A DNA stretch of 64,000 nucleotides. Origin: Bacteroidia bacterium (lineage in GTDB: Bacteria > Bacteroidota > Bacteroidia > M30B66). A program made the position numbers and the translations under genes. Below the pieces are notes generated by a model, which was not told the DNA's origin, ran no database searches, and was given only the letters and a program-made list of their open reading frames with translations. Location: contig JAGYKL010000002.1 in NCBI GenBank assembly GCA_018401705.1, positions 3,526 to 67,525 on the forward strand. The letters are read 5' to 3'. This document shows, one piece after another, positions 9,548 to 19,508 of this stretch. The first letter of the stretch is position 1; the number at the start of each line of letters is the position of its first letter.

Positions 9548-10699
9548 TTAGTATTGGATAGCGGCTGTTTCGGTAGAGTCTATCAACTCAACAGCCATTG
9601 AATCTGTTTGAGCAACACCACTAACTTCTACCCAAGGCTCACCTTGCGGGGCCTTTGCATTTGCTGGGTTTGTGCCTTGCAGTGTTAAAATATAGCTGGC
9701 AACTTTTTGCATTGACTCAGGATTAAGTTGGGTTTGCCAAGCAATCATACCTTTTGCTGGAACTCCATATTTAATTGTCTTAAAGACATTATTAATCCCC
9801 CCGCCATGAAGCCAAAATTCATCGGTAAGATTTGGACCAACACCACCTTCGCCAGCTTGACCATGGCAGTTGGCGCAATTGCCTGTGTAGATGTCCTTTC
9901 CAGCTGCTAATAAACCTGCATCAGTTAAAGCAATAACATTGCTTTCATCTACAGAAGCTGCCACTTCCTTAAGTCTGCTTTTCTTTTCTAATTCTGCCTC
10001 AGCCAACTGCTCCTGGTATTCTTGAGCTGGCAATGGACTTGTTTGAAAAACGTGATAATCGAAAAGATAAACGATACCAAAAATGATGGTGAAATAGAAC
10101 CCGTAAACCCACCAAGGAGGAAGATTATTATCGAGCTCGCGAATACCATCATATTCATGGTCAGTCATAACTTCAGCTTCATTCTCAAGAGGAACAGCGT
10201 CTGTTAATTGCCTGTCTAACCATTTCCAGTTTATAAATGGTTTTGAGAGACTCACATCTGGCTCTTTTTGAAATCCAAGACCGATGAGCATGTTGCGAAT
10301 CGCCTTGATTAAAGTGAGAATAATTGCAAACTCTGCCAGAATAAGAAGAGCCATCAATACAAAAATCCAGCTGTCGAGTCCTCCAATAGACATTGGTGGC
10401 ATTAAAGAAGAACTAGTTTCCTGAGCTTGAGCAGGTAAACCAGCCGATAACAAAACAAGAATTGCAATAACCGAGGCCGCTGGTCCGTCTTTCTTGCTTT
10501 CTTGCTTTGAAGCAGTTAAGTTCTTAAGCGTTGAGGTGAGACTTAAGATTACAGCAAGCATAACTATAGCTGTTATTGCAAGCACCAAAAATGTTGGGTT
10601 TGAATATACGGGATGTAGCTCTGCCGGAGCTTGAGCTTCTTGAGCAATAGCTGCAAGTGATGGCAGCAAGGCAAGAAATGTTAACTTGAATTTTCTCAT
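9548..10699 (-). CDS. ccoP: cbb3-type cytochrome c oxidase subunit CcoP-like (FixP N-terminal domain plus one heme c site)
   Basis: It has DHEYDGIRELDNNLPPWW (FixP_N) and one CANCH heme site, with a long N-terminal membrane extension. The start was chosen at MRKFKL (10699); the track start is 10720. Confidence 0.85.
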   Translation of the reverse strand: MRKFKLTFLALLPSLAAIAQEAQAPAELHPVYSNPTFLVLAITAIVMLAVILSLTSTLKNLTASKQESKKDGPAASVIAILVLLSAGLPAQAQETSSSLMPPMSIGGLDSWIFVLMALLILAEFAIILTLIKAIRNMLIGLGFQKEPDVSLSKPFINWKWLDRQLTDAVPLENEAEVMTDHEYDGIRELDNNLPPWWVYGFYFTIIFGIVYLFDYHVFQTSPLPAQEYQEQLAEAELEKKSRLKEVAASVDESNVIALTDAGLLAAGKDIYTGNCANCHGQAGEGGVGPNLTDEFWLHGGGINNVFKTIKYGVPAKGMIAWQTQLNPESMQKVASYILTLQGTNPANAKAPQGEPWVEVSGVAQTDSMAVELIDSTETAAIQY

Positions 10700-10738
10700 A
10701 GCAGCGTTTTTATAATGCATTTGATTGTAGCTGATAAA

Positions 10739-10909
10739 TTAAAGTTCATCCTGTTCTAAAGGAAGGTTCTTCATAGTTAGCATCTCTTGCTTATCGCTAA
10801 GCATTACATAACCAATGAGAATCAGAAAAAAGATGAAGAAAATAAGCAGTGAAATCATTGGGAAAATGTCAATCCCTGCAATGCTTTCTAGATAATTGAT
10901 GAATTTCAT
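10739..10909 (-). CDS. ccoQ: CcoQ/FixQ small subunit (56 aa), absent from the ORF track
   Basis: Hand translation gives MKFINYLESIAGIDIFPMISLLIFFIFFLILIGYVMLSDKQEMLTMKNLPLEQDEL. It has a single TM helix and the canonical position between ccoNO and ccoP. Confidence 0.8.
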   Translation of the reverse strand: MKFINYLESIAGIDIFPMISLLIFFIFFLILIGYVMLSDKQEMLTMKNLPLEQDEL

Positions 10910-10921
10910 GAGTACTTATTT

Positions 10922-13081
10922 TTAAGGGTTTGTTGAAGCAGTTTCACCGCCGAAAAGAATCTTGTTCTCACCTTTTATATCAGTTCCAAGTCTTTGCAAG
11001 TAGGCAATAACCGAGATAATCTCTTTATTAGGAGGCGTTTCAATTCCAGATGACTTAAGATTGCTCACAATCTGATTAGCCTGAAGCATCAAATCTTTGT
11101 TTGCGATCTTATCGTAATTCTCTGGATAAGGAACCCCGAGTGTAATCATTGCTCTAATCTTTGCAGGAGTTGATGCAGTATCTAACTCATCGTCAAGCAA
11201 CCAAGGGTAAGCTGGCATGATTGAGCCTGGCGACATGGTTGAAGGTTCATCCATGTGGTTATAGTGCCAGCTGTCAGGGTATTTTCCTCCAACTCTATGT
11301 AAATCAGGACCTGTTCTTTTTGAACCCCATTGGAATGGGTGATCATAAATAAACTCGCCTGCTTTTGAATATTCGCCATATCGTTCTGTTTCGAAACGGA
11401 ATGGACGAATCATTTGGCTATGACAGGTATAGCAACCTTCTCTTACATAAATGTCTCTTCCTTGTAATTCAAGAGCTGTGTAAGGCTGAACTGTACTAAT
11501 TGTTGGGATATTACTTTTGATTAAGAAAGTAGGCACCATTTCAACCAAGCCACCAATTAGGATTACTACTAAGCTCAAAACAAGCATTTGGGTTGGTCTA
11601 CGTTCAATAACTCTATGCCAGTGTTCGCCAACGGCTCTCTTGGGAGTAGCTCCAACAGGTAAAGCACTTGCTTCTGCTGCTTCATTTGCTACAAAACTTC
11701 CCGCAGCTGCAGTTTTCCACAGGTTGTAAATCATTACGAAGAAACCAATTAAGTATAGCGTTCCTCCTAATGAACGTAAAGCATACATTGGAATTAACTG
11801 AGTTACTGTTTCAAGGAAGTTAGGATACTGAAGGAAACCATCTTTAGTGAAATCTCTCCACATCTCAAACTGAGTCAAACCTGCCCAGTATAGCGGTATT
11901 GCATAGAACATGATACCAAGAGTAGCAATCCAAAAATGGAAGTTTGCCAGTTTTTTCGAGAACAATTCTTTACCATAGAATCTTGGGAACAACCAGTATA
12001 ACATACCAAAGGTTAGCATACCATTCCAACCAAGAGCTCCAACGTGCACGTGAGCAATAATCCAGTCGGTAAAGTGAGCAATTGCATTCACATTTTTCAG
12101 TGAAAGCATTGGTCCTTCAAAGGTTGACATACCATAAGCGGTAATGGCAACTACCATAAATTTGAGCACAACGTCTTCTCTTACCTTATCCCAAGCTCCA
12201 CGAAGGGTGAGCAATCCATTGATCATACCACCCCAACTTGGTGCAATAAGCATAAAGGAGAATACAACACCTAAGGATTGCGCCCAATCAGGCAATGCTG
12301 TATATAAAAGGTGGTGAGGACCAGCCCATATGTATAGGAAAATCAGCGCCCAAAAGTGAATAATCGATAACCTATATGAATATACCGGACGGTTAGCCGC
12401 CTTCGGTACGAAATAGTACATCAAACCCAAATATGGTGTTGTTAGGAAAAAGGCAACGGCATTGTGACCATACCACCACTGCACCAAAGCATCTTGAACA
12501 CCTGCATACCAGCTATAACTCTTAAAAAGAGAAACAGGAATGGCAAATGAATTAACAAGGTGAAGAACTGCAACAGTAACGAACGTAGCAATATAAAACC
12601 AGATAGCTACGTATAAATGCTGGACGCGACGTTTAAGGATAGTTCCAAACATGTTCCAGCCAAATATTACCCAGATAATGGTGATGGCAATATCAATTGG
12701 CCACTCCAATTCAGCATATTCCTTGCTGGTAGTGATTCCTAATGGTAATGTTATCGCTGCCGCGAGGATGATTAATTGCCAACCCCAAAAGTGAATCCGG
12801 CTAAGCTTATCGCTAAACATCCTTGTCTTACAAAGACGTTGCAAAGAATAATAAACTCCGGCAAAAATACCATTACCCACAAATGCAAAAATCACTGCAT
12901 TGGTATGCAGCGGGCGAATCCTACCGAAGGTAGTATATGGAATGCCTAAATTTAAATTGGGGAATACGAGCTCTAAAGCCACATACAATCCTACCAGCAT
13001 GCCGATAAGACCAAAAATAATGGAGGCAACTGCAAAGTCCCTCGGGGTTCGGTTGTCGTATTCAAAGCGTTCTACTTCCAT
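10922..13081 (-). CDS. ccoN: cbb3-type cytochrome c oxidase, fused subunits I and II (CcoN-CcoO)
   Basis: 719 aa. The N-terminal part is a polytopic heme-copper oxidase domain (HNAVAFF, HHLLYT, HVHVGALGW). The C-terminal part is CcoO-like with CYTCH. Confidence 0.95.
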   Translation of the reverse strand: MEVERFEYDNRTPRDFAVASIIFGLIGMLVGLYVALELVFPNLNLGIPYTTFGRIRPLHTNAVIFAFVGNGIFAGVYYSLQRLCKTRMFSDKLSRIHFWGWQLIILAAAITLPLGITTSKEYAELEWPIDIAITIIWVIFGWNMFGTILKRRVQHLYVAIWFYIATFVTVAVLHLVNSFAIPVSLFKSYSWYAGVQDALVQWWYGHNAVAFFLTTPYLGLMYYFVPKAANRPVYSYRLSIIHFWALIFLYIWAGPHHLLYTALPDWAQSLGVVFSFMLIAPSWGGMINGLLTLRGAWDKVREDVVLKFMVVAITAYGMSTFEGPMLSLKNVNAIAHFTDWIIAHVHVGALGWNGMLTFGMLYWLFPRFYGKELFSKKLANFHFWIATLGIMFYAIPLYWAGLTQFEMWRDFTKDGFLQYPNFLETVTQLIPMYALRSLGGTLYLIGFFVMIYNLWKTAAAGSFVANEAAEASALPVGATPKRAVGEHWHRVIERRPTQMLVLSLVVILIGGLVEMVPTFLIKSNIPTISTVQPYTALELQGRDIYVREGCYTCHSQMIRPFRFETERYGEYSKAGEFIYDHPFQWGSKRTGPDLHRVGGKYPDSWHYNHMDEPSTMSPGSIMPAYPWLLDDELDTASTPAKIRAMITLGVPYPENYDKIANKDLMLQANQIVSNLKSSGIETPPNKEIISVIAYLQRLGTDIKGENKILFGGETASTNP

Positions 13082-13091
13082 GACAGCGTAT

Positions 13092-13274
13092 TTATTTTGA
13101 TTGGTTGGTTTTGATTTCCTTAGTTGGATTCTCTATAGTATCATCGAATAACATTCTTACAGACGGTGTGTAATCATCGTCAAACTGCCCTTTCTTAACT
13201 GACCATAAAAAGGCTGCTAGAAACACCAGAGCTACCGCTATACTTATAAAAAGGAGGAGAAAAAGGGCACTCAT
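13092..13274 (-). CDS. ccoS: cbb3 oxidase maturation protein CcoS/FixS
   Basis: MSALFLLLFISIAVALVFLAAFLWSVKKGQFDD matches the CcoS pattern. The start was chosen at the internal ATG (13274) rather than the track start at 13328. Confidence 0.8.
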   Translation of the reverse strand: MSALFLLLFISIAVALVFLAAFLWSVKKGQFDDDYTPSVRMLFDDTIENPTKEIKTNQSK

Positions 13275-13336
13275 TCTGTTTGAATTGTTCGGGTTCGTTG
13301 GTTTAGCAAATATAAATTCAGCTAACAAGGCCTTAA

Positions 13337-13376
13337 ATGATGTGCATCAGCGCGAAACATGATTTTCATCATGTTT
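13337..13376. promoter_or_regulatory. two tandem FNR/CRP-like palindromes (aTGATgtgcATCAg and aTGATtttcATCAt), centres 22 bp apart
   Basis: TGAT-N4-ATCA at 13338..13349 and 13360..13371. The second is embedded in a perfect 9+9 inverted repeat, AAACATGAT-TTTC-ATCATGTTT. They lie between ccoI and ccoS-ccoNO. Confidence 0.5.
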
Positions 13377-13393
13377 TTATTGGAGCGCTCTTT

Positions 13394-15814
13394 TCAAAGC
13401 TTCTTGGATTTTGCCAATAAGGAGGATGTAATTGTTGCAAAACTTACTATTGTAATTGAGGCAGTAGGCATTAAAATAGCCGCTATAACTGGTTGAAGCT
13501 CCCCCTGAACAGCGAAGTAAAGTCCAACTACATTATATACTGTCGACAAAGCAAAACTCCAGGCAATAACTCTTTTAGAATCTTTGCAGTAATCGAGCAG
13601 GGTATTAAGTGATGACAAAAGTTTACCATCTATAATTGCTTCACAAGCTGGAGAAAAATTATTTAGATTGTCAGAAACAGCTATTCCGCTATCACTTTGC
13701 TGCAACGCACCAGCATCATTTAAGCCGTCGCCAACCATAATAACGTTTCTCCCTTCATCCTTTAACTTCTTTATAAACTCCAGTTTTTGTTCGGGCTTTT
13801 GATTAAATAGCATGTGGTCATCTTTGAACCATTGACTCATCATCTCTTTATCACCTTCATTATCGCCACTTAAGAGGTATAATTCTCTATTACCTTTAAG
13901 CTTTTTGAGGACTTCTTCCATCCCACTGCGTAAGCTGTGACTCATTTGAAAATAGCCTAATGCTTTACTGTTTTTGCTCACATAAACTCGCGTCTTATTC
14001 AGATTAGAATCAAGGTTTCCAAGACCAGCAAAATCTGATGACCCAATTAAATACTCGTGACTATTTACCTCTGCCTTAATACCTTTTCCAGATATCTCTT
14101 TAAAATTGCTTATTTCATTTACCTTTTCATTGATATACATCTCAGCAATACTTCTGCTTAAAGGGTGATTAGAGTGCAAGCATATTGAGGCAATTTCCTT
14201 TTCCTCAGCTTCGCTTATTGTACCTGTAAATTTTACCTGTTGACTACCTCCAGTGGTTAAGGTTCCAGTTTTATCGAATACAATTGTATCGGCTTTGCTT
14301 AAATTCTCAATCACAAAAGCGTTCCGAAGAAAGAAGCCGTTCTTGCCAAGAATTCTAAGAACATTGCCCTGAGTAAATGATGCTGCAAGCAGCAGGATGC
14401 AGGGACAAGCTACAATGAGAATTGTAGTTACTGAGTTTATTAGCCTTTCAGAATCTCCTTTATAAAGCCAGAAAGAAGCCGCAAGAATTGAAATAATAAA
14501 CACAGAGATAGTGAAATACTTATTAATTCTGTTCTCAAGACTCGCTTGTTGCTCAAAGGCATCGTCTTTATTAAAAGCAGGTTTATTCCAGAGTGCTGTT
14601 AAATAACTTTGTTTGACAGGTTTAACTATCTCAAGTTCTATCCTCTTTCCTATTTGTCGGCCTCCGGCATAAATCAAATCTCCCAACTTTTTCTCAATAG
14701 GAATAGACTCTCCAGTTACGAAACTGTAATCGATTTTTGCTGATTCTGAAAGTAGAATTGAGTCGGCTGGAATAATTTCGGCATTTCTAATAATCATCCT
14801 CATCCCTCGCTTAAGCGAGGTAACAGGCAATCGATCTTCGCCTTCTTTTTTAACAACCGAAACAGCAACAGGGAAGTAGGATTTGTAATCTCTGTCGAAT
14901 GAAAGGGTCTTGTAAGTTTTACTTTGAAATGCCCGGCCAATAAGCATGAAAAAGACGATCCCAGCCATAGAATCAAAATATCCGGGGCCGATTCCTGCAG
15001 CTAGTTCATAAACACTCCTGATGAAAGTCATTAGAATAGCTGCGGCAACAGGAAGGTCAATATTTAATTGCCTCACTCTTAATGCACCTAGAGCCGATTT
15101 AAAAAAATCAGATGCCGAATACACAAGTACAGGAATTGCTAAACCTAGATTGAGAAGACTAAATGTCAAGCGTAAACCTGGCTGTTCATCTACATCGCCA
15201 ATTGAAAAATACTCTGGAAAACTTAACATCATGATGTTTCCAAAACAAAATCCGGCAACACCTATTTTATACCAAAGGCTTCTATCAATTTTTTTAGAAT
15301 TCTCGTTTTCGAGGTCATTCAAACTAATATGAGGTTCATAACCAATCATACTAGAAATTTCGGCAATGCGAGACAGCTTTATCTCATCTGGTTTATATAC
15401 AATGGTTACTTCTCGCTTAGGAAAATTAACTGATGAGCTTAGAATTCCTGAATCTATCTTTTGCAGGTGTTCAAGCAGCCAAATGCAAGAACTGCAATGT
15501 ATACCCGGCACAAAAAAGGTGATATGATTTTGACTTGGGCTGCTAAAGTGAATAAGTCGGGAAGCTACTTTTTCATCGTCGAGATAACTAAATTTTCCTT
15601 GAAAAGCTTCTGCTTTGGGCGAGTTGCCTCCGCCTGGTTCTATGCTATAATAAGAGCATAATTTATTTTCTTCAAGAATTTCATAAACTAATTTGCAGCC
15701 TTCGCAACAAAAAGCTTTATCGTCTTTTACAGCTTTGTTCTCTTTGCAAACATCACCACAGTGATAGCAAATAAGTTCTTCCTTCAAAGCCGTTTGAGGA
15801 GAGTGGGTACTCAT
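13394..15814 (-). CDS. ccoI: heavy-metal (copper) translocating P-type ATPase CcoI/FixI
   Basis: 806 aa with an N-terminal Cys-rich metal-binding domain (CYHCGDVC...CCEGC), the CPC transmembrane motif, the DKTGT phosphorylation site and GDGLNDA. Confidence 0.9.
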   Translation of the reverse strand: MSTHSPQTALKEELICYHCGDVCKENKAVKDDKAFCCEGCKLVYEILEENKLCSYYSIEPGGGNSPKAEAFQGKFSYLDDEKVASRLIHFSSPSQNHITFFVPGIHCSSCIWLLEHLQKIDSGILSSSVNFPKREVTIVYKPDEIKLSRIAEISSMIGYEPHISLNDLENENSKKIDRSLWYKIGVAGFCFGNIMMLSFPEYFSIGDVDEQPGLRLTFSLLNLGLAIPVLVYSASDFFKSALGALRVRQLNIDLPVAAAILMTFIRSVYELAAGIGPGYFDSMAGIVFFMLIGRAFQSKTYKTLSFDRDYKSYFPVAVSVVKKEGEDRLPVTSLKRGMRMIIRNAEIIPADSILLSESAKIDYSFVTGESIPIEKKLGDLIYAGGRQIGKRIELEIVKPVKQSYLTALWNKPAFNKDDAFEQQASLENRINKYFTISVFIISILAASFWLYKGDSERLINSVTTILIVACPCILLLAASFTQGNVLRILGKNGFFLRNAFVIENLSKADTIVFDKTGTLTTGGSQQVKFTGTISEAEEKEIASICLHSNHPLSRSIAEMYINEKVNEISNFKEISGKGIKAEVNSHEYLIGSSDFAGLGNLDSNLNKTRVYVSKNSKALGYFQMSHSLRSGMEEVLKKLKGNRELYLLSGDNEGDKEMMSQWFKDDHMLFNQKPEQKLEFIKKLKDEGRNVIMVGDGLNDAGALQQSDSGIAVSDNLNNFSPACEAIIDGKLLSSLNTLLDYCKDSKRVIAWSFALSTVYNVVGLYFAVQGELQPVIAAILMPTASITIVSFATITSSLLAKSKKL

Positions 15815-15828
15815 GGGTCGGGTATATT

Positions 15829-16419
15829 TTAATCATCATGCCCCGGGCCGGATGTTCCAGTTGCAGCTATTGAAGAAATCTTAAGCACCTCTGATTCAAG
15901 GTCAAGAATTCTCGGGAACAGAAACTTACGTTCGCGAAGAATTTGACTCATTGCAAGTTCCTCAAACTCTCTTAACTCTTCATAACAGAGCTTTAATAGT
16001 TCATTGGAAATTTCGGGTTGGGTATAATGATTTGATATTTTCTTAATGGAGTGAATCAGTGCAATTGCATGGTCATGTTCTGAACTAATTCGATTTATGC
16101 TACTTTGAATTAAACCCGTTCTAAGGAATCTAACTGGTTCTGCTTGTTGCTTTACTTCGATTAATTTCCTAACGAAAGGAAACAGGCTCTCTTCTTCTAA
16201 TTTGATAATTCTTATAATTTGAGCATTTAACTGCTCTAGAAGGCATTTTAAATCCAGTAAAACTGCCTTATGACGTGGATTAGAAGAAATAGCCGATTTG
16301 AAATTTTGCAGCATGAGAATAAGCATAGACTTCGCATAAGCATGATGCCTTTGCTCAATAAAATCAAGCAAATCGGACTCTTCAATATAATGAAACCTTA
16401 TGTTTCGATAGCTATGCAT
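15829..16419 (-). CDS. hemerythrin-like (RIC/YtfE-type) domain protein, divergent
   Basis: By eye it aligns to the YtfE C-terminal domain: LLDFIEQRHH, LEEESLFPFV, SSEHDHAIALI, RERKFLFPRI. The ATG at 16419 is preferred over the TTG at 16443 used by the track. Confidence 0.55.
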   Translation of the reverse strand: MHSYRNIRFHYIEESDLLDFIEQRHHAYAKSMLILMLQNFKSAISSNPRHKAVLLDLKCLLEQLNAQIIRIIKLEEESLFPFVRKLIEVKQQAEPVRFLRTGLIQSSINRISSEHDHAIALIHSIKKISNHYTQPEISNELLKLCYEELREFEELAMSQILRERKFLFPRILDLESEVLKISSIAATGTSGPGHDD

Positions 16420-16493
16420 AAGTCTACTCCTAATCGCATACAAATTTGACTCTTGCGACTCTAATTAGAAATGACACTGCTCAGTTCGAAATA

Positions 16494-16505
16494 TGATAAA
16501 TATCA
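16494..16505. promoter_or_regulatory. FNR/CRP-like palindrome aTGATaaatATCAg upstream of the first gene of the cco cluster
   Basis: TGAT-N4-ATCA centred about 56-80 bp upstream of the candidate start codons at 16443 and 16419. Confidence 0.45.
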
Positions 16506-16560
16506 GGTTTCCCCTGCCGGGGGATTTAAACTCCACAATAATTAAGCTTGTCTTAAAAGC

Positions 16561-16593
16561 AAAAAGGCTCTGCTAATTGAATTTAGCAGAGCC
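16561..16593 (-). terminator. rho-independent terminator of the FG-GAP gene
   Basis: Hairpin GGCTCTGCTAA-TTGAAT-TTAGCAGAGCC, with an A5 tract on the plus strand that reads as a T tract on the minus strand. Confidence 0.8.
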
Positions 16594-16615
16594 TTTTAGA
16601 AGTGGTTGATGTTGA

Positions 16616-19439
16616 TTAATTCTTTGTGAACTTTTGAGTGCTAATACCTTTTTCACTCACAACCTGAAGGATATAAATTCCGGCAGGATAATCTTGTACA
16701 GAAATTACTCCATTATTTGAAGCGTTATCTGTGTCAAGTAATCTTCCTGATGTATCAAAAATCCGGAAGCTCGTTTTAGCGTCAATTCCAGATAATCTGA
16801 TGAAAGTACTGGCAGGATTAGGGCTAATTATGATACTGCTTTCTACTTGTTCTATTCCGGTTGAAGTATCAACCATCACATTTACTGGAACAAGCTCGCT
16901 GTAGCATATTTCTTCTGCAAGCTCAACTTGCCAATCGTAGTAGTAAAAGAAGTAACTATTACCGAAAGTAGAGCCTGTTATTTCAATTGCCCCATCTGCA
17001 TTATATGGATAAGGGAACCCTGCATTGTTGAAGTCACGAACCAATCTTGGACTATTTGACCCAATTGAAGCTTGGTTTGTTGCTGCATCAGTTCTTAAGT
17101 AATAATTTGATCCAGGAGTCAATTCAAAATTCATTGTAACTACGGTAGTACCAACTCCTAAGTTAATTGAGACACTGTTCAACAAGACGTCGTTCTCGTC
17201 ATATAATTCAATCATCCTTTCGCCTGGGGTGTCTGTTGTAACAGAAACACTTGCAAGCGTACAAGCTTCATTCACATCAAAGAAAACATCCGAATTCGTT
17301 GAGCCTTGTCCGAAAGAACTTCCTAGGGGAACTAATTCGCCAGCTACTTCTTGACCACCTCCAAATGTGGTTGACGATTGAACATAGTATGTGGCTTCGT
17401 CAGTGATTTCAGGTGTTTCAAATGAAGAACCTTCTCCAACCATCATGGTTCCTGATTCATCTTCAAACCAAACAAGGTTTGATCCGCTTGCTGTTAAAGT
17501 AGCGGTACCTGCAATTGGAATAATCACATCTTCTGCAACAGGAGATGAAGGAGCAATAACTTCAACTGAAACAACTTCTGAAGTAAATTCAGCACAAGAC
17601 CCTTGAATGGTAAGTGTATATTCACCACTTTGATCAACCATAATAGACTGTTCAGTAGCCCCATTACTCCAAGTGTAAGCAGTTTCACCAGCAGGTCCTT
17701 GAAGTTCTATCATTCCTCCTTGACAAAAAGAAGTCTCCCCAACGATAGTTACAGCAGGTGTTTCATCTGGGCTTTGAGTAACTTTAATAGCACGTGATTG
17801 AGCTTCGCAGTTATTATCTGTGCTTATAACGTCAACATTATATTCACCTTCTACACTAACTTCTATCGTTTGGCTTGTTTCGCCAGTAGACCATAAATAC
17901 TCGTAACCTTCAGGTGCAATAAGTGTAAGTGTTTGTCCTCCACAAAGCACAAATTCTCCTTGGGCAGTTACAATTGCTTCTGCAGAAACGCACTCATTTT
18001 CAATTACACTAAGGAACTGATCCGCCGAAGGCGAAACAATTGTTTGTCTAATGCCAGATGGCCAATTGATAACAACTGAATCAATTTCTGTTGAAGCTCC
18101 TAATCCGAAGTGAAGCATTGCAGAATTCACTGTGCCATAGCTTTCTCCAGCACGTACCTCACGTATCTGAACTCCCCAGTCACCATATAATAAGGCATGG
18201 GCCCCAATTGCACCAGAGTTACTTATTGTTCCTTCTAAGTCTAAGGTAAAAAAGTGATTGTCATTTTCAGTAGTGTTCATCCAAATCACATCATCTGTGT
18301 TTGTTGGAGTAGTGTAGATATTACCGTATCCAGCAAAAAGATCAATTCTCCCATCGTGATTCAAATCTCCAGTAGCGAATGTTAACATTCCTGAATTATT
18401 TAAAATATTCTCAACTAATGAGAAGGTTTTATCTCCATTGTTTCTGTAAACTCTGTGGCTTGAACCAGAAATAATTAAATCAAGATATCCGTCATTATCT
18501 AAATCCTCCATCATTGACTCTATTGGAGTCATGTTTGTGATATCAAAACCGGTAGATTCAGTTATATCAGTATAAACATTGTTGCCATCGTTTTCAAGAA
18601 TTTGGCTTTGAAAATCGTGGTTAGTAAGCAGTAAGTCAAAATCACCATCATTATCTATATCACCAAAGCTAGCAGTCCATGATTGCCAACCAACATTTAT
18701 GTTATAAGCCTCTGCATTTTCAGTATAGGTTCCGTCTCCGTTGTTTTCAAACATCACATTGATTCTTCTGCCATCTGTTGGTGAATTAACACCCTGACGA
18801 CATTTAGCAATGTAAAGGTCTAAATCTCCATCTAAATCGAAATCAGTCCAAACACTCCCGTAATTTCCCGAATCATCAGTATCCGTAACGTCAAAATCCA
18901 TGATGCCGATTCCCAAAGTCAAATTTCCAGCTCCATCATTCATGTAAATGCTGCTTTCGCCATTATCATCACAAGTAAATAGATCAATCCACCCATCATT
19001 ATTTGCATCAATAACAGTGATATTTTGAAGAAAGAAATTTGATTGAGGCAAATAATTAAATCACCCGGCGTACCATCGTTATTCATCATGAGTATTTTTG
19101 CAGGCCGTTCCAGCCACCCACAACATCTACATAGCCATTTTTGTCAAAATCGCCGGCAGCCATTGCCCAAGCAGAGCCATTGGCCATTTGTCCTAGTTCA
19201 ATATTTTCAAAAACGCCTCCTACTTTTTGCAAAGAAACCCAAGCTGTGCGACCTTGATCTAATCTCAAGATATCATCAAGCCCATCTCCGTTCCAGTCAA
19301 TAATTGTCATCGAACAACCACTATTGTTCTGAGCTCCAAGCTTAGAAGTAGCGTCTTCAAAAGAAAACTGCGCAAGCGCTGGTAAAGCAAAAAGCGAAAG
19401 AAAAAAAGCTCCTGCTAAGTGTTTTGTAAAAGTTATCAT
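16616..19439 (-). pseudogene. FG-GAP/VCBS repeat plus ASPIC-UnbV (CRTAC1-like) T9SS cargo protein, interrupted by two apparent frameshifts
   Basis: The signal peptide and first FG-GAP repeat are in ORF 19086..19439. The remaining repeats, the UnbV_ASPIC-like segment (EVRAGESYGTVNSAMLHFGLG), Ig-like repeats and the type A T9SS CTD are in ORF 16616..19051. A third frame between them reads KILMMNNDGTPGDLII, which continues the repeat pattern. Confidence 0.7.
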
Positions 19440-19508
19440 ATTAAATATTTGAATTGTGATGGTTTGTGATATTAGTAACAAAGATGATAATTTAATTGAA
19501 TAAATGCC

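Noticed and set aside
13355-13376. The perfect inverted repeat AAACATGAT-TTTC-ATCATGTTT, read as a rho-independent terminator for ccoI.
   Set aside because: The stem is AT-rich, and no T tract follows on the minus strand (it reads CGCGCTGA). The embedded TGAT-N4-ATCA core and a second box 22 bp away make a protein-binding site more likely.
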